From assembly GCA_016839785.1 (NCBI GenBank), contig JAEOTQ010000168.1, forward strand, positions 6,835 through 70,834: a DNA stretch of 64,000 bases, in the 5' to 3' direction. Under the pieces are notes generated by a model. The model saw only the letters and a program-made list of their open reading frames with translations. It was not told where the DNA came from and made no database searches. Shown here one piece after another: positions 47,818 through 57,884 of this stretch (positions within the stretch are counted from its first letter, which is position 1; the number at the start of each line of letters is the position of its first letter). The position numbers were made by a program, and so were the translations under genes. Source of the stretch: Candidatus Hodarchaeota archaeon (GTDB lineage: Archaea; Asgardarchaeota; Heimdallarchaeia; Hodarchaeales; Hodarchaeaceae).

Positions 47818-48840
47818 TTGAGCGAGTACGAAAGCTATATTCATTACGGACGATTGGTGGTCCTTTTACAGTTTATTTTAATTCCTACTTACTTCTATTT
47901 GTTATCTTTCATTTTTGTAGGAGGTGTAATCTGGTTTTTAAATACCCCAGAACTGATATTTCTTTCTGATTTTATTGTGTACGGAATCGGACCTCTTATA
48001 ATGGCTGTTCCTTTCTTTTTTTGGACATACGGGAAGAGATTCCAAATTGGAGACGCATATGAAACATTTGGACGTGAAGTATGGCGTTTACCAACAACAA
48101 TTAAAGCTTTTTATGGATTTAATTTCCTTTTAGGTATTTTTTTCTTATTTCCATTGTTGGTACCGGTTGTATCCCTATTTGGTGGGTATTTCATTGCCGT
48201 CTACCTCTTTGGATGGCGAGAGGAAGGGAAATCGATATCGAGTCATAGGAGGACCAAAATTCTAACTTTGGTCTATCTTCCATTACCTCTACTGGTTATA
48301 ATCGGATTCTATTTTGGTTATGATTTCTTAGGTACGCAAAAAGGAATTTTTGCTTTCTTTATACAACTCATTGAATACTGGACATCACAAATTGACACTT
48401 TATACACCTCTGCGCTAATTATAGCAGATTCAGCAACAATTGGGGGGGCTATTTATTTAGTATATGAAGGTGCACGGCAGGTCGATCGTGATGTAAAGGT
48501 ACCGGAATTTTTGATAACTCTAATTTCCTTAGTTTTTTTTATCAGCCTAGAAGTACTGTATTTATTCTTCACTGAAAGTTTTGAAGGATTCTTGGGATGG
48601 ATTCACCTTGTAGTTGTAATTCTTGGAGTTTTACTCCTCATAATTAGGTACTGGAAAGGATTATTGACAAGTCGAGATACGAGCATAATAGGTTGGTTGA
48701 CTTTGCTACTCTTTCAACTTGTTAACTTTGCTTCTGGTGCTTTAGAAACCATTAGCCGATCTAGTGCCATTTTCATTGCATTTGCAATCTTTTTGTTCCT
48801 TTTCTGGGTGGCATATCAACGTGCAGGTCAACGTTACTGA
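47818..48840 (+). CDS. Polytopic membrane protein, unknown function
   Basis: 340 aa with a TTG start and about 9 hydrophobic helices. Confidence 0.55.
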   Translation: MSEYESYIHYGRLVVLLQFILIPTYFYLLSFIFVGGVIWFLNTPELIFLSDFIVYGIGPLIMAVPFFFWTYGKRFQIGDAYETFGREVWRLPTTIKAFYGFNFLLGIFFLFPLLVPVVSLFGGYFIAVYLFGWREEGKSISSHRRTKILTLVYLPLPLLVIIGFYFGYDFLGTQKGIFAFFIQLIEYWTSQIDTLYTSALIIADSATIGGAIYLVYEGARQVDRDVKVPEFLITLISLVFFISLEVLYLFFTESFEGFLGWIHLVVVILGVLLLIIRYWKGLLTSRDTSIIGWLTLLLFQLVNFASGALETISRSSAIFIAFAIFLFLFWVAYQRAGQRY

Positions 48841-48886
48841 TGGGGGGTAATTGTTTTATTAGCTCCTCAACCTCTTCGCTAGTAGA

Positions 48887-49918
48887 ATGAGCGCACAACA
48901 GAAGATCCCTCCTACCCAACAATTCCAATTTCGTTTAACTATTGAAGAATGGATGGCAATCGAATTTGAACGAGTTACTTTACAGTATTCTACTTTATTA
49001 GATGTCATCGAACAAGTGAAATTTTATGGGATTAATGGATTGATTCAACTAGAGAATCAGAAAATTAGCCCCTTTTATTTTCACCTGATTGAAGGTGATG
49101 AAGAAAAATTTTTAATAATTATTTTCTCTATTCCTGTATTTCAGTCATTAGATTCGAATGCCTTGTCAACAGGAATGGAGTATTTCTCTGCAATTTTAAA
49201 GAACATCTTCTGCGAGAATAAGTCAGTTTCAGAATCTGAAATTTTGGCGTTTAGTGATATAAAAAATCTTCCCCTCTTTCGATCACAGGGTCATGATATA
49301 ATACCCTATGAGGACTACACAGAGAAGATTGAACTTCAATTGCGAATGAAAGTACGTACAGGAATCCAAATCTTCCCTGTAACGAAAATTATTGAAGATA
49401 TTTCCACTGAATCTATGCAACACTTGAAAGAACTAAGAAAAGCTAAGGCAGCTCTAGTTACAATACAATCAAATCTTCGAGAGTACTCTGCACGGATTTC
49501 CAACAGATATCGTATCACTGTTAAACCTTATTTGTTTAGAACTGCATTAGAAAACCGATTTGAACCTTCTTTTATTTCTGTGTTCTCTTTAGACGCCACT
49601 AGTCAGGTAAAAGATGATTTTTCTGTTTTAGTATTTTCTTGTGAAGTAATTAATAGAATTAAACAAGATGAACTGAAAATTCTGATTGCTCATGAAATAA
49701 TCTTTGATTTGTTAAAAGATAAGTTCTCAAGAGGTATAGTTGAAAGAGAAATTTACCAAATACTATCAAATGGGAACAAAGACGATCCAAATTTCTTCAT
49801 TATAAAAGAACTGAATAAATTTTTTACAGAGGAAGAAATTTCAAAGGCTCAAAATGCAATTAAACAGACAATAGAGGACCTTTTAGAAGAAAATTATCCA
49901 ATAATGAGACTTGATTGA
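48887..49918 (+). CDS. Hypothetical protein
   Basis: 343-aa ORF with no recognised motif. Confidence 0.5.
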   Translation: MSAQQKIPPTQQFQFRLTIEEWMAIEFERVTLQYSTLLDVIEQVKFYGINGLIQLENQKISPFYFHLIEGDEEKFLIIIFSIPVFQSLDSNALSTGMEYFSAILKNIFCENKSVSESEILAFSDIKNLPLFRSQGHDIIPYEDYTEKIELQLRMKVRTGIQIFPVTKIIEDISTESMQHLKELRKAKAALVTIQSNLREYSARISNRYRITVKPYLFRTALENRFEPSFISVFSLDATSQVKDDFSVLVFSCEVINRIKQDELKILIAHEIIFDLLKDKFSRGIVEREIYQILSNGNKDDPNFFIIKELNKFFTEEEISKAQNAIKQTIEDLLEENYPIMRLD

Positions 49919-49955
49919 TAAAATGGTTATGTGGATACTTAAAGGATAGAGTGAA

Positions 49956-50579
49956 ATGTCAGATATTCAACAATTAGAACAAGAGATCCTTCAGGATGCC
50001 CAAAACAAAGCGGAAAACATTCTTAAAGAGGCGAAAAAAGAAGCAGATGAAATGTTGAGCCAAGCGAGAAGCAAGAATAAGGAACTCATGCAAAAAGTCG
50101 AAAAGGAAAAACTCGAAAGTCAAGAGATTGAAGTCCAGAGAGAGCTCTCCCGAATCAGGATAAAGAGCAAAATTGAACTAGAAAATCTCAAAGAATCCTT
50201 GGTTCAAGAAATTTTTGATGATAGCATAGCAAAAATCCGACAGATGCGCAAACAAAAGGACAAAAGATATCTAAAGGCTCTTTCTGAGCTTGTAATTTTG
50301 AGTGGAACCATTTTAGAAGGTGGAGAAATGAATGTCACTCTACACCCTGGTGATGCAGAAACCATCGATAGAAACTCCTTGGAAGCTGAAGTTGCAAAGA
50401 AAACTGGAACCAGCACTAAACTTAATATATCCTCTTCAGAACAAGATTTTATAAATGGTGGTGTTATTTCTAAAAAAGGCTCTTTAACTGTAAATAACAC
50501 TTTTAATGCAATTTTTGATCGAAGAAAAGAGGCTATACGAAATAAACTGAATTCTGTCATTTTCAAAGATGAGAGCTAA
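49956..50579 (+). CDS. A/V-type ATPase subunit E-like protein (solitary)
   Basis: 207 aa. The N-terminal coiled coil IQQLEQEILQDAQNKAENILKEAKKEADEML plus a globular C-terminal domain is typical of AtpE. No other atp genes are in the window. Confidence 0.55.
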   Translation: MSDIQQLEQEILQDAQNKAENILKEAKKEADEMLSQARSKNKELMQKVEKEKLESQEIEVQRELSRIRIKSKIELENLKESLVQEIFDDSIAKIRQMRKQKDKRYLKALSELVILSGTILEGGEMNVTLHPGDAETIDRNSLEAEVAKKTGTSTKLNISSSEQDFINGGVISKKGSLTVNNTFNAIFDRRKEAIRNKLNSVIFKDES

Positions 50580-50590
50580 GGAATAAAAAA

Positions 50591-51397
50591 GTGCATAAAA
50601 GATATAGACGGAATCAAAAAAAGAAATTTTCAGTCTTAACGACAAAAAACAATTCTCTTCAGAGAGTATATGGATTGGTACGCCCTATGATACGTAAAAT
50701 CATTCGACCAAGCATCATCGTGTTTGTGATAATGCTTTCTTTAGGATTTTTGCCTTCTACCCAGCCCGAGATGATTCAAGTCAATGCTGTAAAAGCACAG
50801 TCCGAATCTCCATTGATTGAAATACAAGAAGTGAATCTTGAAGTTGAGAAGGACGGAAAATTTGTCGAACTTGAAGAACTGACTCTGGACGAACCAACGA
50901 CAGGTCAAACAACATTGACACCCCAAGTAGTCAATAACTCAAAGCTGCGAGTGAATGTGTCTTATTCCACAATTATCGGGAATGAAGAATCAATTGTAAT
51001 TCATAGCTTTGCTGTAGAAGTATACGAATTTCGAACTGGTGAACCTGACAATTTTACAAAAAATGCAGGAATATCTGAATACGAAAAAAGTAATCCTGAA
51101 GAACTAGTATTACCTCCAAATTCTTCGAAATCAGAAGTATTACAGATTTCTTCCCTTGCATTACCGACATATGGTAATTATAAATTTGCGTTTAAAGTCG
51201 AATATCATGTTTACGGTGGAGATAGTTTAGCCTCAAACGTATATTTTGCTAAAAATATGTCTTTCGAGTTTGTTGAGAGTTTGCCCGAGTCTCCATATGT
51301 TTTATACTTCCTCTTTTACACTATTTCCATTGTCTTTATTGCCTTTGTTGCTTTAGGCGTTTATGGAGATCGTAGATATAAAAACTTAGAGATTTGA
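50591..51397 (+). CDS. Membrane-anchored extracellular protein
   Basis: 268 aa with a GTG start, a basic N-terminus followed by a TM segment, and a C-terminal TM. Confidence 0.5.
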   Translation: MHKRYRRNQKKKFSVLTTKNNSLQRVYGLVRPMIRKIIRPSIIVFVIMLSLGFLPSTQPEMIQVNAVKAQSESPLIEIQEVNLEVEKDGKFVELEELTLDEPTTGQTTLTPQVVNNSKLRVNVSYSTIIGNEESIVIHSFAVEVYEFRTGEPDNFTKNAGISEYEKSNPEELVLPPNSSKSEVLQISSLALPTYGNYKFAFKVEYHVYGGDSLASNVYFAKNMSFEFVESLPESPYVLYFLFYTISIVFIAFVALGVYGDRRYKNLEI

Positions 51398-52309
51398 CAT
51401 TTCAGATCGGGGTTGTGATTCAAATCCCAGAGCTGGAGAATCTAAATATCTTTGATTATAATCGGTAACTTTCAAATCAATTAGCTGCAGGAATATGCGA
51501 TTTGTATTGCTTGCTATTAGTGAAAAGACTGCAAGCGTCCCAGGATCAAATGATTCATGAAAATACTCTTGGTTATTTGTGAACTCTTCCATATAGTCCA
51601 ATGTTGCATTATAAATCTTAACTTTGTAAGTAACTCTAAAGAATTGAGGGTGAGGTGTTTTTAAAAGAAGTTTTATATAGAAACGCTCATTCAGAGGAAC
51701 CTCCGCTGGACCCTCTAATGACAATGTTATATTTTTCCATACTAACGTGTTCTTAGCGGTTAACTCCGGTATCATTTCAGGTATCGGGACCTCTAAGTCG
51801 AATAATTCTTTTGTGAGTTGATTATAAACGGAAAAGAAATTAAATTTTTCAGTAAATAGAAAATCAACAGTATAAGGCCGAGAAGTGGAGGAATCAACTC
51901 TGTAGATATTAAATCCCGGTGATTGAGAGTCAATTTTTGTAGGATCGAGTACCAACCCGAAGGAAAGAGAATGCATGCTCTGGTAAGTTAGTTGTGTTTG
52001 AATGTCCGTACCTGAAAAAAACAGTCCTAAACCAGGATGAGTATGAGCCCAACCAACTATCACCTCTCCTTGGTCAATTCGATCAAAAGATATTAGAGAA
52101 AAAACTTTTTCATAATCACTGATATCTACAAATACAGAGGAACCAGAACCAATGGGAACAATATCAGTCACATTTACAGATTCTCCATTAATACGACCAA
52201 GGATTAATCCAATACATTCTCTCCACTTCCTTGACTTTTCTAGAGGATTAGCATTCTCGAGCGCAAACCTTAGAAAATTTCTATAAACTTCCTTTGGAAT
52301 TTGGATCAT
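51386..52309 (-). CDS. JAB1/MPN/Mov34 (JAMM) metalloprotease with a C-terminal extension
   Basis: Upstream Glu (RECIGLILG) and GWAHTHPGLGLFFSGTD, which is the complete HxHx7Sx2D JAMM motif. 307 aa. Confidence 0.8.
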   Translation of the reverse strand: MIQIPKEVYRNFLRFALENANPLEKSRKWRECIGLILGRINGESVNVTDIVPIGSGSSVFVDISDYEKVFSLISFDRIDQGEVIVGWAHTHPGLGLFFSGTDIQTQLTYQSMHSLSFGLVLDPTKIDSQSPGFNIYRVDSSTSRPYTVDFLFTEKFNFFSVYNQLTKELFDLEVPIPEMIPELTAKNTLVWKNITLSLEGPAEVPLNERFYIKLLLKTPHPQFFRVTYKVKIYNATLDYMEEFTNNQEYFHESFDPGTLAVFSLIASNTNRIFLQLIDLKVTDYNQRYLDSPALGFESQPRSEMSNL

Positions 52310-52324
52310 GAAGGCATCTCAATG

Positions 52325-53104
52325 CTAGAAAAGGATTTTGATTGTGTGAATAAGAATTCCCGAGTAAACAATTGACCTGAATTTAGGTCGCATTATATGT
52401 TTTTTTGGGTTTATTGCGAAGTCTCGTCTATTGACTTCGAATACTTGCTGCAATTCTAATGCCTCATTTTCGTTGATTTTTTCAACTGTTTGTTCTACTT
52501 GTCCCCAATTTGGAACAAAGCAGATTAAATGGCCACCACCAATTAAAGAAGGAGTAATTGAATCAATTGCTTCAAAGGGGGTTGAAAAATCTAAAAAAAA
52601 TGCATCGAGGGCTGGAACCTGAATACTTTCACGAATATCATGAATCTGAAAAGTAATAATATTTTGCAACCCAGTCATTTGAATATTTTGTTCTGCGTTC
52701 CGTAAATGTTTCTCATTAATATCGAACGAATATACATGTCCATCAGGAGCTACATTCCATGCAAGAAATGAAGTTAGGGCTCCAGATCCAGTCCCCGCCT
52801 CTCCCACTTTCATACCATTACCTATACCCGCCACGCTACAAGCTAAAGCGCAATCATCCTCGTACATGATTTGAGTTTTTAATCTAAATGATCGAAGAAA
52901 ATCTCTGGGAGAGGGTTTCAAGAGTAAAACGTGTCCCTTTATTAAAGAGACTACATTGCCATATTTTTTTCCAATTATCTTATCATGATCTATTCTACCG
53001 AGATGAGTCGATTTTTCTCCCTCTCTTTCAAGCTGGAAAATCCAAGATTTAGGATTTTTCTGTGTGATCTCAACCGCTCTAACAATACTCCCTTCTTTGA
53101 GCAT
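52325..53104 (-). CDS. trmI: tRNA (adenine-N1)-methyltransferase TrmI/Gcd14
   Basis: N-terminal beta domain followed by VGEAGTGSGALTSFLAWNVAPDGHVYSFDINEKHL. Confidence 0.8.
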   Translation of the reverse strand: MLKEGSIVRAVEITQKNPKSWIFQLEREGEKSTHLGRIDHDKIIGKKYGNVVSLIKGHVLLLKPSPRDFLRSFRLKTQIMYEDDCALACSVAGIGNGMKVGEAGTGSGALTSFLAWNVAPDGHVYSFDINEKHLRNAEQNIQMTGLQNIITFQIHDIRESIQVPALDAFFLDFSTPFEAIDSITPSLIGGGHLICFVPNWGQVEQTVEKINENEALELQQVFEVNRRDFAINPKKHIMRPKFRSIVYSGILIHTIKILF

Positions 53105-53114
53105 TTTATCCTCT

Positions 53115-53501
53115 TCATGCTAAATTAGTAAATATAGTGGGTGCTGATTTAAGGTTGATGATCGGAATAAACCGTATTAAACCTGTATGGGCATTCTCCA
53201 AATCTTGTTCCTGAAGAAATTTGAGAAACTTAATTTGATTATCAGACTTCTGTAAATCGTATCTCACTAAAGCCTGTCCTTCTTCTTCTAGTTCAGACTC
53301 TGTTGTCATATAAAAGAGTACAGGCAATGCTCGGTAGTCGAAATATCCAGGAAAAATGGCAAAAGAGCCATAATAGTAAGTTCCTTCCTTTATCTTCCAT
53401 TTAAAGATGGTAGATGGTCTATCGGGGCTGGAACTAGATATTAGACGTACAAGATCCACAAAACTTGATAATTCGATACCATAAGCGCTAGGTAATTCCA
53501 T
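53115..53501 (-). CDS. Hypothetical protein
   Basis: 128-aa ORF tightly spaced between trmI and the 243-aa ORF. Confidence 0.45.
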   Translation of the reverse strand: MELPSAYGIELSSFVDLVRLISSSSPDRPSTIFKWKIKEGTYYYGSFAIFPGYFDYRALPVLFYMTTESELEEEGQALVRYDLQKSDNQIKFLKFLQEQDLENAHTGLIRFIPIINLKSAPTIFTNLA

Positions 53502-53514
53502 AATCGTTCCCTTT

Positions 53515-54246
53515 CTAAATATTTTTCTTTAAACCGAAGAAGTTGAATAATTGTTCTTTCTCTTCTTCAGAATCAACTATCCGTTTGCTAAATCCACGCC
53601 TGTATTCTTTCTCGTTTAATGAATCTATCATTATACTAACATTTCTTTTTCGAACAGGAGATAAATGTTGGTCGTATAAGACGAAAAGTGTTTTTTTCTC
53701 TAGGTCAGCAACAACGTAGGCATCTGATGGGATCATAACTGGATCTATATGTTCAATTAGTTGGTTTTTCGATACACGATATATTCTGATAGGATTTGTA
53801 CTAATTAATGCAGTCAAGCGTGAGTCAATTTCTTTCATTTTTTCCTTTTCAAAGTCATCTTCTGTTATGAATATGTCTGGAGTAACGTTTGATAAGTAAG
53901 AAAGAATAAGGCCATGTGCATGTGACATAATACGTTTGAGTTGTCTTTTAAAAATTATACAGATAACTGAGGGTCTCTTATTCAAGCGAGGATCAGTTGT
54001 GAAAGTTGACTTAACGAAGAAAGCGTAAGCTAAACATAAATAATCTTCATTTGAAGGAATCGGTAATGGACCAAAGATATCCTCACTAATCTCTTCCCCG
54101 ATCAGTGTCATAATGCGGATTGATAGATTAAAACCTTGATCTTCCGGTACATGATTTTCGGCTGAGTTAAAGATTACCTGAGGTCCAGCATCAGTGAATA
54201 TACTAATTATTATTCCGATTACTGGACTCTCTGTTTTTACGGTCAT
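53515..54246 (-). CDS. Hypothetical protein, possible longin/uDENN-like N-terminal domain
   Basis: 243 aa. VIGIIISIFTDAGPQVIFNS...FGPLPIPSNEDYLCLAYAFF is reminiscent of longin/uDENN modules. Judged by eye only. Confidence 0.4.
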   Translation of the reverse strand: MTVKTESPVIGIIISIFTDAGPQVIFNSAENHVPEDQGFNLSIRIMTLIGEEISEDIFGPLPIPSNEDYLCLAYAFFVKSTFTTDPRLNKRPSVICIIFKRQLKRIMSHAHGLILSYLSNVTPDIFITEDDFEKEKMKEIDSRLTALISTNPIRIYRVSKNQLIEHIDPVMIPSDAYVVADLEKKTLFVLYDQHLSPVRKRNVSIMIDSLNEKEYRRGFSKRIVDSEEEKEQLFNFFGLKKNI

Positions 54247-54334
54247 CTTGAATCGCCGTTGATTGAATATTAAGGTTCTTGCTTAAAAATTCAGCTAGAC
54301 AATGTCCTCAATCGTAAGATTTTGTTTCGTCTAA

Positions 54335-55414
54335 TTAGGAGATTACATTTGTTTGGATTGCTAGCGTTTTAGCTGCTTTCTGTGATAGTCCTGTTTCACC
54401 TAGGATAGTATAAATTGAATCCATTTTGTGTGCTCTTTGCAATGCGTTTATGATCGCTTCGGGATCTATTTCGTCTTCTAATTCATCAAGACAAGTGGGA
54501 CAACCTGCGGTTTCCAATATTTTAATAATTTGTTCATAATCTTGACCTTGTAATTTTGCCATGAGAATTGTGCCAAGCGCAACACGTTCTCCATGAAGAA
54601 TATCAATCCCAGGTGTCTCGGAGTGTAAAGCTTGAGAAAATAAATGCTCTGATCCATAACCAACTCTAATATCATTAGAAGTCCCCATAAGAACTCCTGC
54701 GATGAGTAAGGCCTTTAATACTACTTTTACCGCCTTCTCTTGATCTACTAATGCTTCTGAAACTTGATTTTGAAACAAAGAATCAGCACTTTGTAATACT
54801 CCACCAACAAACCGTGAAAATTTAACTGATTTTATCCGATGAGCATATCTCCAGTCCCAAATCGCAGTCATTTTTCCGACAGTATCACCTACACCTGCAG
54901 CTAAATATCGGGGAAGGTCGGGATGCTGGACAATTTTGTCAATATCTGCAATGATAGCAACCGGAGGTCGACTTTCTCCTATATATTTTTCCGTCGGATC
55001 GTTTAAAAAGATAAAAGGGGAAGCTATTCCGTCATGAGAAGTTGTGGTTGGTACAGAAATTAATTCTGTTTTATGGTTTGCTTTAAACGAACAATATTTT
55101 CCAATATCAATTACTTTTCCTCCTCCCGCACAAATCATAATGTTAGAACCAGTATTCTTTACTCTATCTTGATATGTAATGGCTGCTTCAAGGGAAGCCT
55201 CCTCGACGATCAAGGTGTCAAAGGGAATACCATTCTGTTCTAAAATAGAATAGACTTCCTCCCCTACAATATGACGCGTTTTAGTTCCTGAAAGTACCAT
55301 CACTTTAGGCTTGAATCTCAAAGACTCAATTATTTGCGGGATTTTATCGAGAATTGAATTTCCAATGATGATTGATCTGGGTACGATCGATTCTAGAATC
55401 TCTGATCCCGGCAT
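54335..55414 (-). CDS. egsA: sn-Glycerol-1-phosphate dehydrogenase
   Basis: 359 aa from the Fe-ADH superfamily. Motifs CAGGGKVIDIGKY, PTTTSHDGIASPF, GVGDTVGKMTAIWDW and HGERVALGT. Confidence 0.85.
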   Translation of the reverse strand: MPGSEILESIVPRSIIIGNSILDKIPQIIESLRFKPKVMVLSGTKTRHIVGEEVYSILEQNGIPFDTLIVEEASLEAAITYQDRVKNTGSNIMICAGGGKVIDIGKYCSFKANHKTELISVPTTTSHDGIASPFIFLNDPTEKYIGESRPPVAIIADIDKIVQHPDLPRYLAAGVGDTVGKMTAIWDWRYAHRIKSVKFSRFVGGVLQSADSLFQNQVSEALVDQEKAVKVVLKALLIAGVLMGTSNDIRVGYGSEHLFSQALHSETPGIDILHGERVALGTILMAKLQGQDYEQIIKILETAGCPTCLDELEDEIDPEAIINALQRAHKMDSIYTILGETGLSQKAAKTLAIQTNVIS

Positions 55415-55933
55415 TGTGAATCTATCCCTTAATCTCGCCTTTATAAGATTAATGACGCAATCCTTAAAAACTCCTGTGTGCGGGGGAGAGAACAGAGGAA
55501 TTTAAAGCGTAGAATCAAATTTCTCTTCGGGGAATTATGCTAAATCTTGTAATGGTTTCTTGTATCCAATCTAATATCTCCTAGATTTGTATCTTTCTTA
55601 TAAGGTATAATATCAATACTAGATTGGATTCTACTCTTCAATTATAATATTGAGTAAAAAAAGAACGTAAATAATTCCCTTATTCATTATTATATTAGGA
55701 TTCTCCCAATCATTCAGAATATTATCCGAAGTTATGATGATAGGTCTAATTTAGCTCTCTCAGGTTTAGAAATTTAATTTCATGATTCATAATCAAACTT
55801 GAAAATGAAATTGAATTACTTGAAAGAGGTGGAATACTAATTCAAGAAAGGATAATAAGACAATTCTTTACAGCATTGGGCAAATCCAAAGTATAACACA
55901 TATAAAAAGAGAATCTAAAGGATAGAAACTTGA

Positions 55934-57862
55934 ATGGCCAATAAACATTCCAAATATAGTCGTGAATCAGCAATCGATCACCTAAAAGCTGACTTAATTA
56001 ATGCCCTCCCCCCAAATGCACAGATTTCTAATGTCGAGTTCGAAGGACCATTTGTTGTACTCTATTCTTTAAATCCAACAGTACTTATGGAAAATGGAGA
56101 TGTTGTAAAAAGCTTAGCGAAGACCCTTCGTAAACGCATTGTTATACGATCTGATGTATCTGTAAGAAGAGAAAAAGAAGAGGCAAAAGCAAGAGTACGT
56201 GAAATTGTACCAGAGAATGCAGAAATAACCAATATAATTTTTGATGATGAATTGGGGGAAGTAATCATCGAAGCTAAAAAACCAGGAGCGGTAATAGGAA
56301 GAAGTGGGACAACTCTTCGCGAAATTGCAAGAGAAATTTCTTGGAGACCTAAGGTTGTCAGATCTCCTCCGATTCAATCACAACTTATTAATACCATCCG
56401 GTACACACTCACCAAGGAATCAGATAAGCGTAAAAACGCTTTACTTAATATTGGTAAAAGAATACACAGACCTAGAGTAATTGAGGATGATTTTATCCGC
56501 TTAACAGGATTAGGAGGATTTTCGGAAGTAGGGCGATCGTGCATGCTCTTGGAAACCGCCGAAACAAAAATTTTAATTGATACTGGTCTAAATGTTGGTA
56601 CTCGGGAACCTGGAGAGATGTTTCCTTATTTTAGTGCCCCTGAATTTGACATAGCTCAGCTAGATGCAGTCCTAATTACTCATGCTCATCTCGATCATAG
56701 TGGATTGGTACCGTACCTCTATAAATGGGGGTATCGTGGACCAGTTTATGTGAATGATGCGACCCTTTCATTAATGACACTCTTACAAAAAGATTACATC
56801 GAAGTAGCTGAAAGAGAGAATAAACTTGTACCATTTAGTCAAAAGAATATTAGAGATATGATTCTACACACAATAACAAGGAGATATGGAGAGGTAACAG
56901 ATCTTAGTGATGATGTACGGTTAACCATGACTCCTGCAGGACATATATTGGGTTCTTCAATTTTACATCTTCATATTGGGGATGGGAAGTACAATCTTGC
57001 GGTTGCCAATGATTTCAAAGGAAGGCGCTCCCGATTGTTAGACCGTGCAAATACTCGATTTCCACGATTAGAGACAATAATTATGGAATCAACCTATGGA
57101 GGTCCCCGTGATGTTATGCCTCGAAGAGAAGATGCTGAAATACAACTCGTAAAAATTATAAATCAAACAGTAAAACGTGGTGGAAAGGTTCTTATCCCAA
57201 CTTTAGCGGTAGGAAGAGCACAAGAGCTCATGATTGTATTAGCTCATTATTATAAACGGAGACAGTTAGTAAAGGTACCAATTTATTTGGATGGTCTCAT
57301 CGCAGAAGCAGCAGCAATTCATTCATGTCATCCTGAATATTTATCTTCATATTTACAGGACCAGATATTTAACGAAGGTCAAAACCCCTTCCTTGCAGAG
57401 ATTTTCCATCAAGTAAACCAAAACGAAAGGACGGGTCTCTTACGAGGTGAACCTGCAGTCATTTTAGCTACATCTGGAATGCTTACTGGAGGCAATTCAG
57501 TGGATTATTTCAAAAAAATGGCTGAAGATGCTCGAAATTCCATTGTTTTTGTTAGCTATCAAGCAGAAGGAACTTTGGGCCGACGAATTGCCACAGGGGT
57601 GAAAGAAATTCGTAGTATTGAAGATGGCAGGATGAAAATGATGAGAGTGAATATGGACATCCATCAGATAGATGGCTTCAGTGGCCATTCAGATAGAGGA
57701 GAAATTATGAATTTCTTCCGAGAATTGAGTCCAAAACCTGAACAAGTCATTTTAATGCATGGTCTAAGAAACAAATCTCAATCATTGGCCCAATCTCTAT
57801 CAAAAAGGTATCATGTCAAGGTAAAAGTACCTTATAATCTTGAAACCTTACGGTTCAAATAG
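55934..57862 (+). CDS. aCPSF1: KH-domain beta-CASP metallo-beta-lactamase ribonuclease
   Basis: 642 aa. Two N-terminal KH-like domains (GAVIGRSGTTLREI), ITHAHLDHSG, and beta-CASP motifs. Confidence 0.9.
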   Translation: MANKHSKYSRESAIDHLKADLINALPPNAQISNVEFEGPFVVLYSLNPTVLMENGDVVKSLAKTLRKRIVIRSDVSVRREKEEAKARVREIVPENAEITNIIFDDELGEVIIEAKKPGAVIGRSGTTLREIAREISWRPKVVRSPPIQSQLINTIRYTLTKESDKRKNALLNIGKRIHRPRVIEDDFIRLTGLGGFSEVGRSCMLLETAETKILIDTGLNVGTREPGEMFPYFSAPEFDIAQLDAVLITHAHLDHSGLVPYLYKWGYRGPVYVNDATLSLMTLLQKDYIEVAERENKLVPFSQKNIRDMILHTITRRYGEVTDLSDDVRLTMTPAGHILGSSILHLHIGDGKYNLAVANDFKGRRSRLLDRANTRFPRLETIIMESTYGGPRDVMPRREDAEIQLVKIINQTVKRGGKVLIPTLAVGRAQELMIVLAHYYKRRQLVKVPIYLDGLIAEAAAIHSCHPEYLSSYLQDQIFNEGQNPFLAEIFHQVNQNERTGLLRGEPAVILATSGMLTGGNSVDYFKKMAEDARNSIVFVSYQAEGTLGRRIATGVKEIRSIEDGRMKMMRVNMDIHQIDGFSGHSDRGEIMNFFRELSPKPEQVILMHGLRNKSQSLAQSLSKRYHVKVKVPYNLETLRFK

Positions 57863-57884
57863 TTTGAAACATTAGAGAGTAAAA

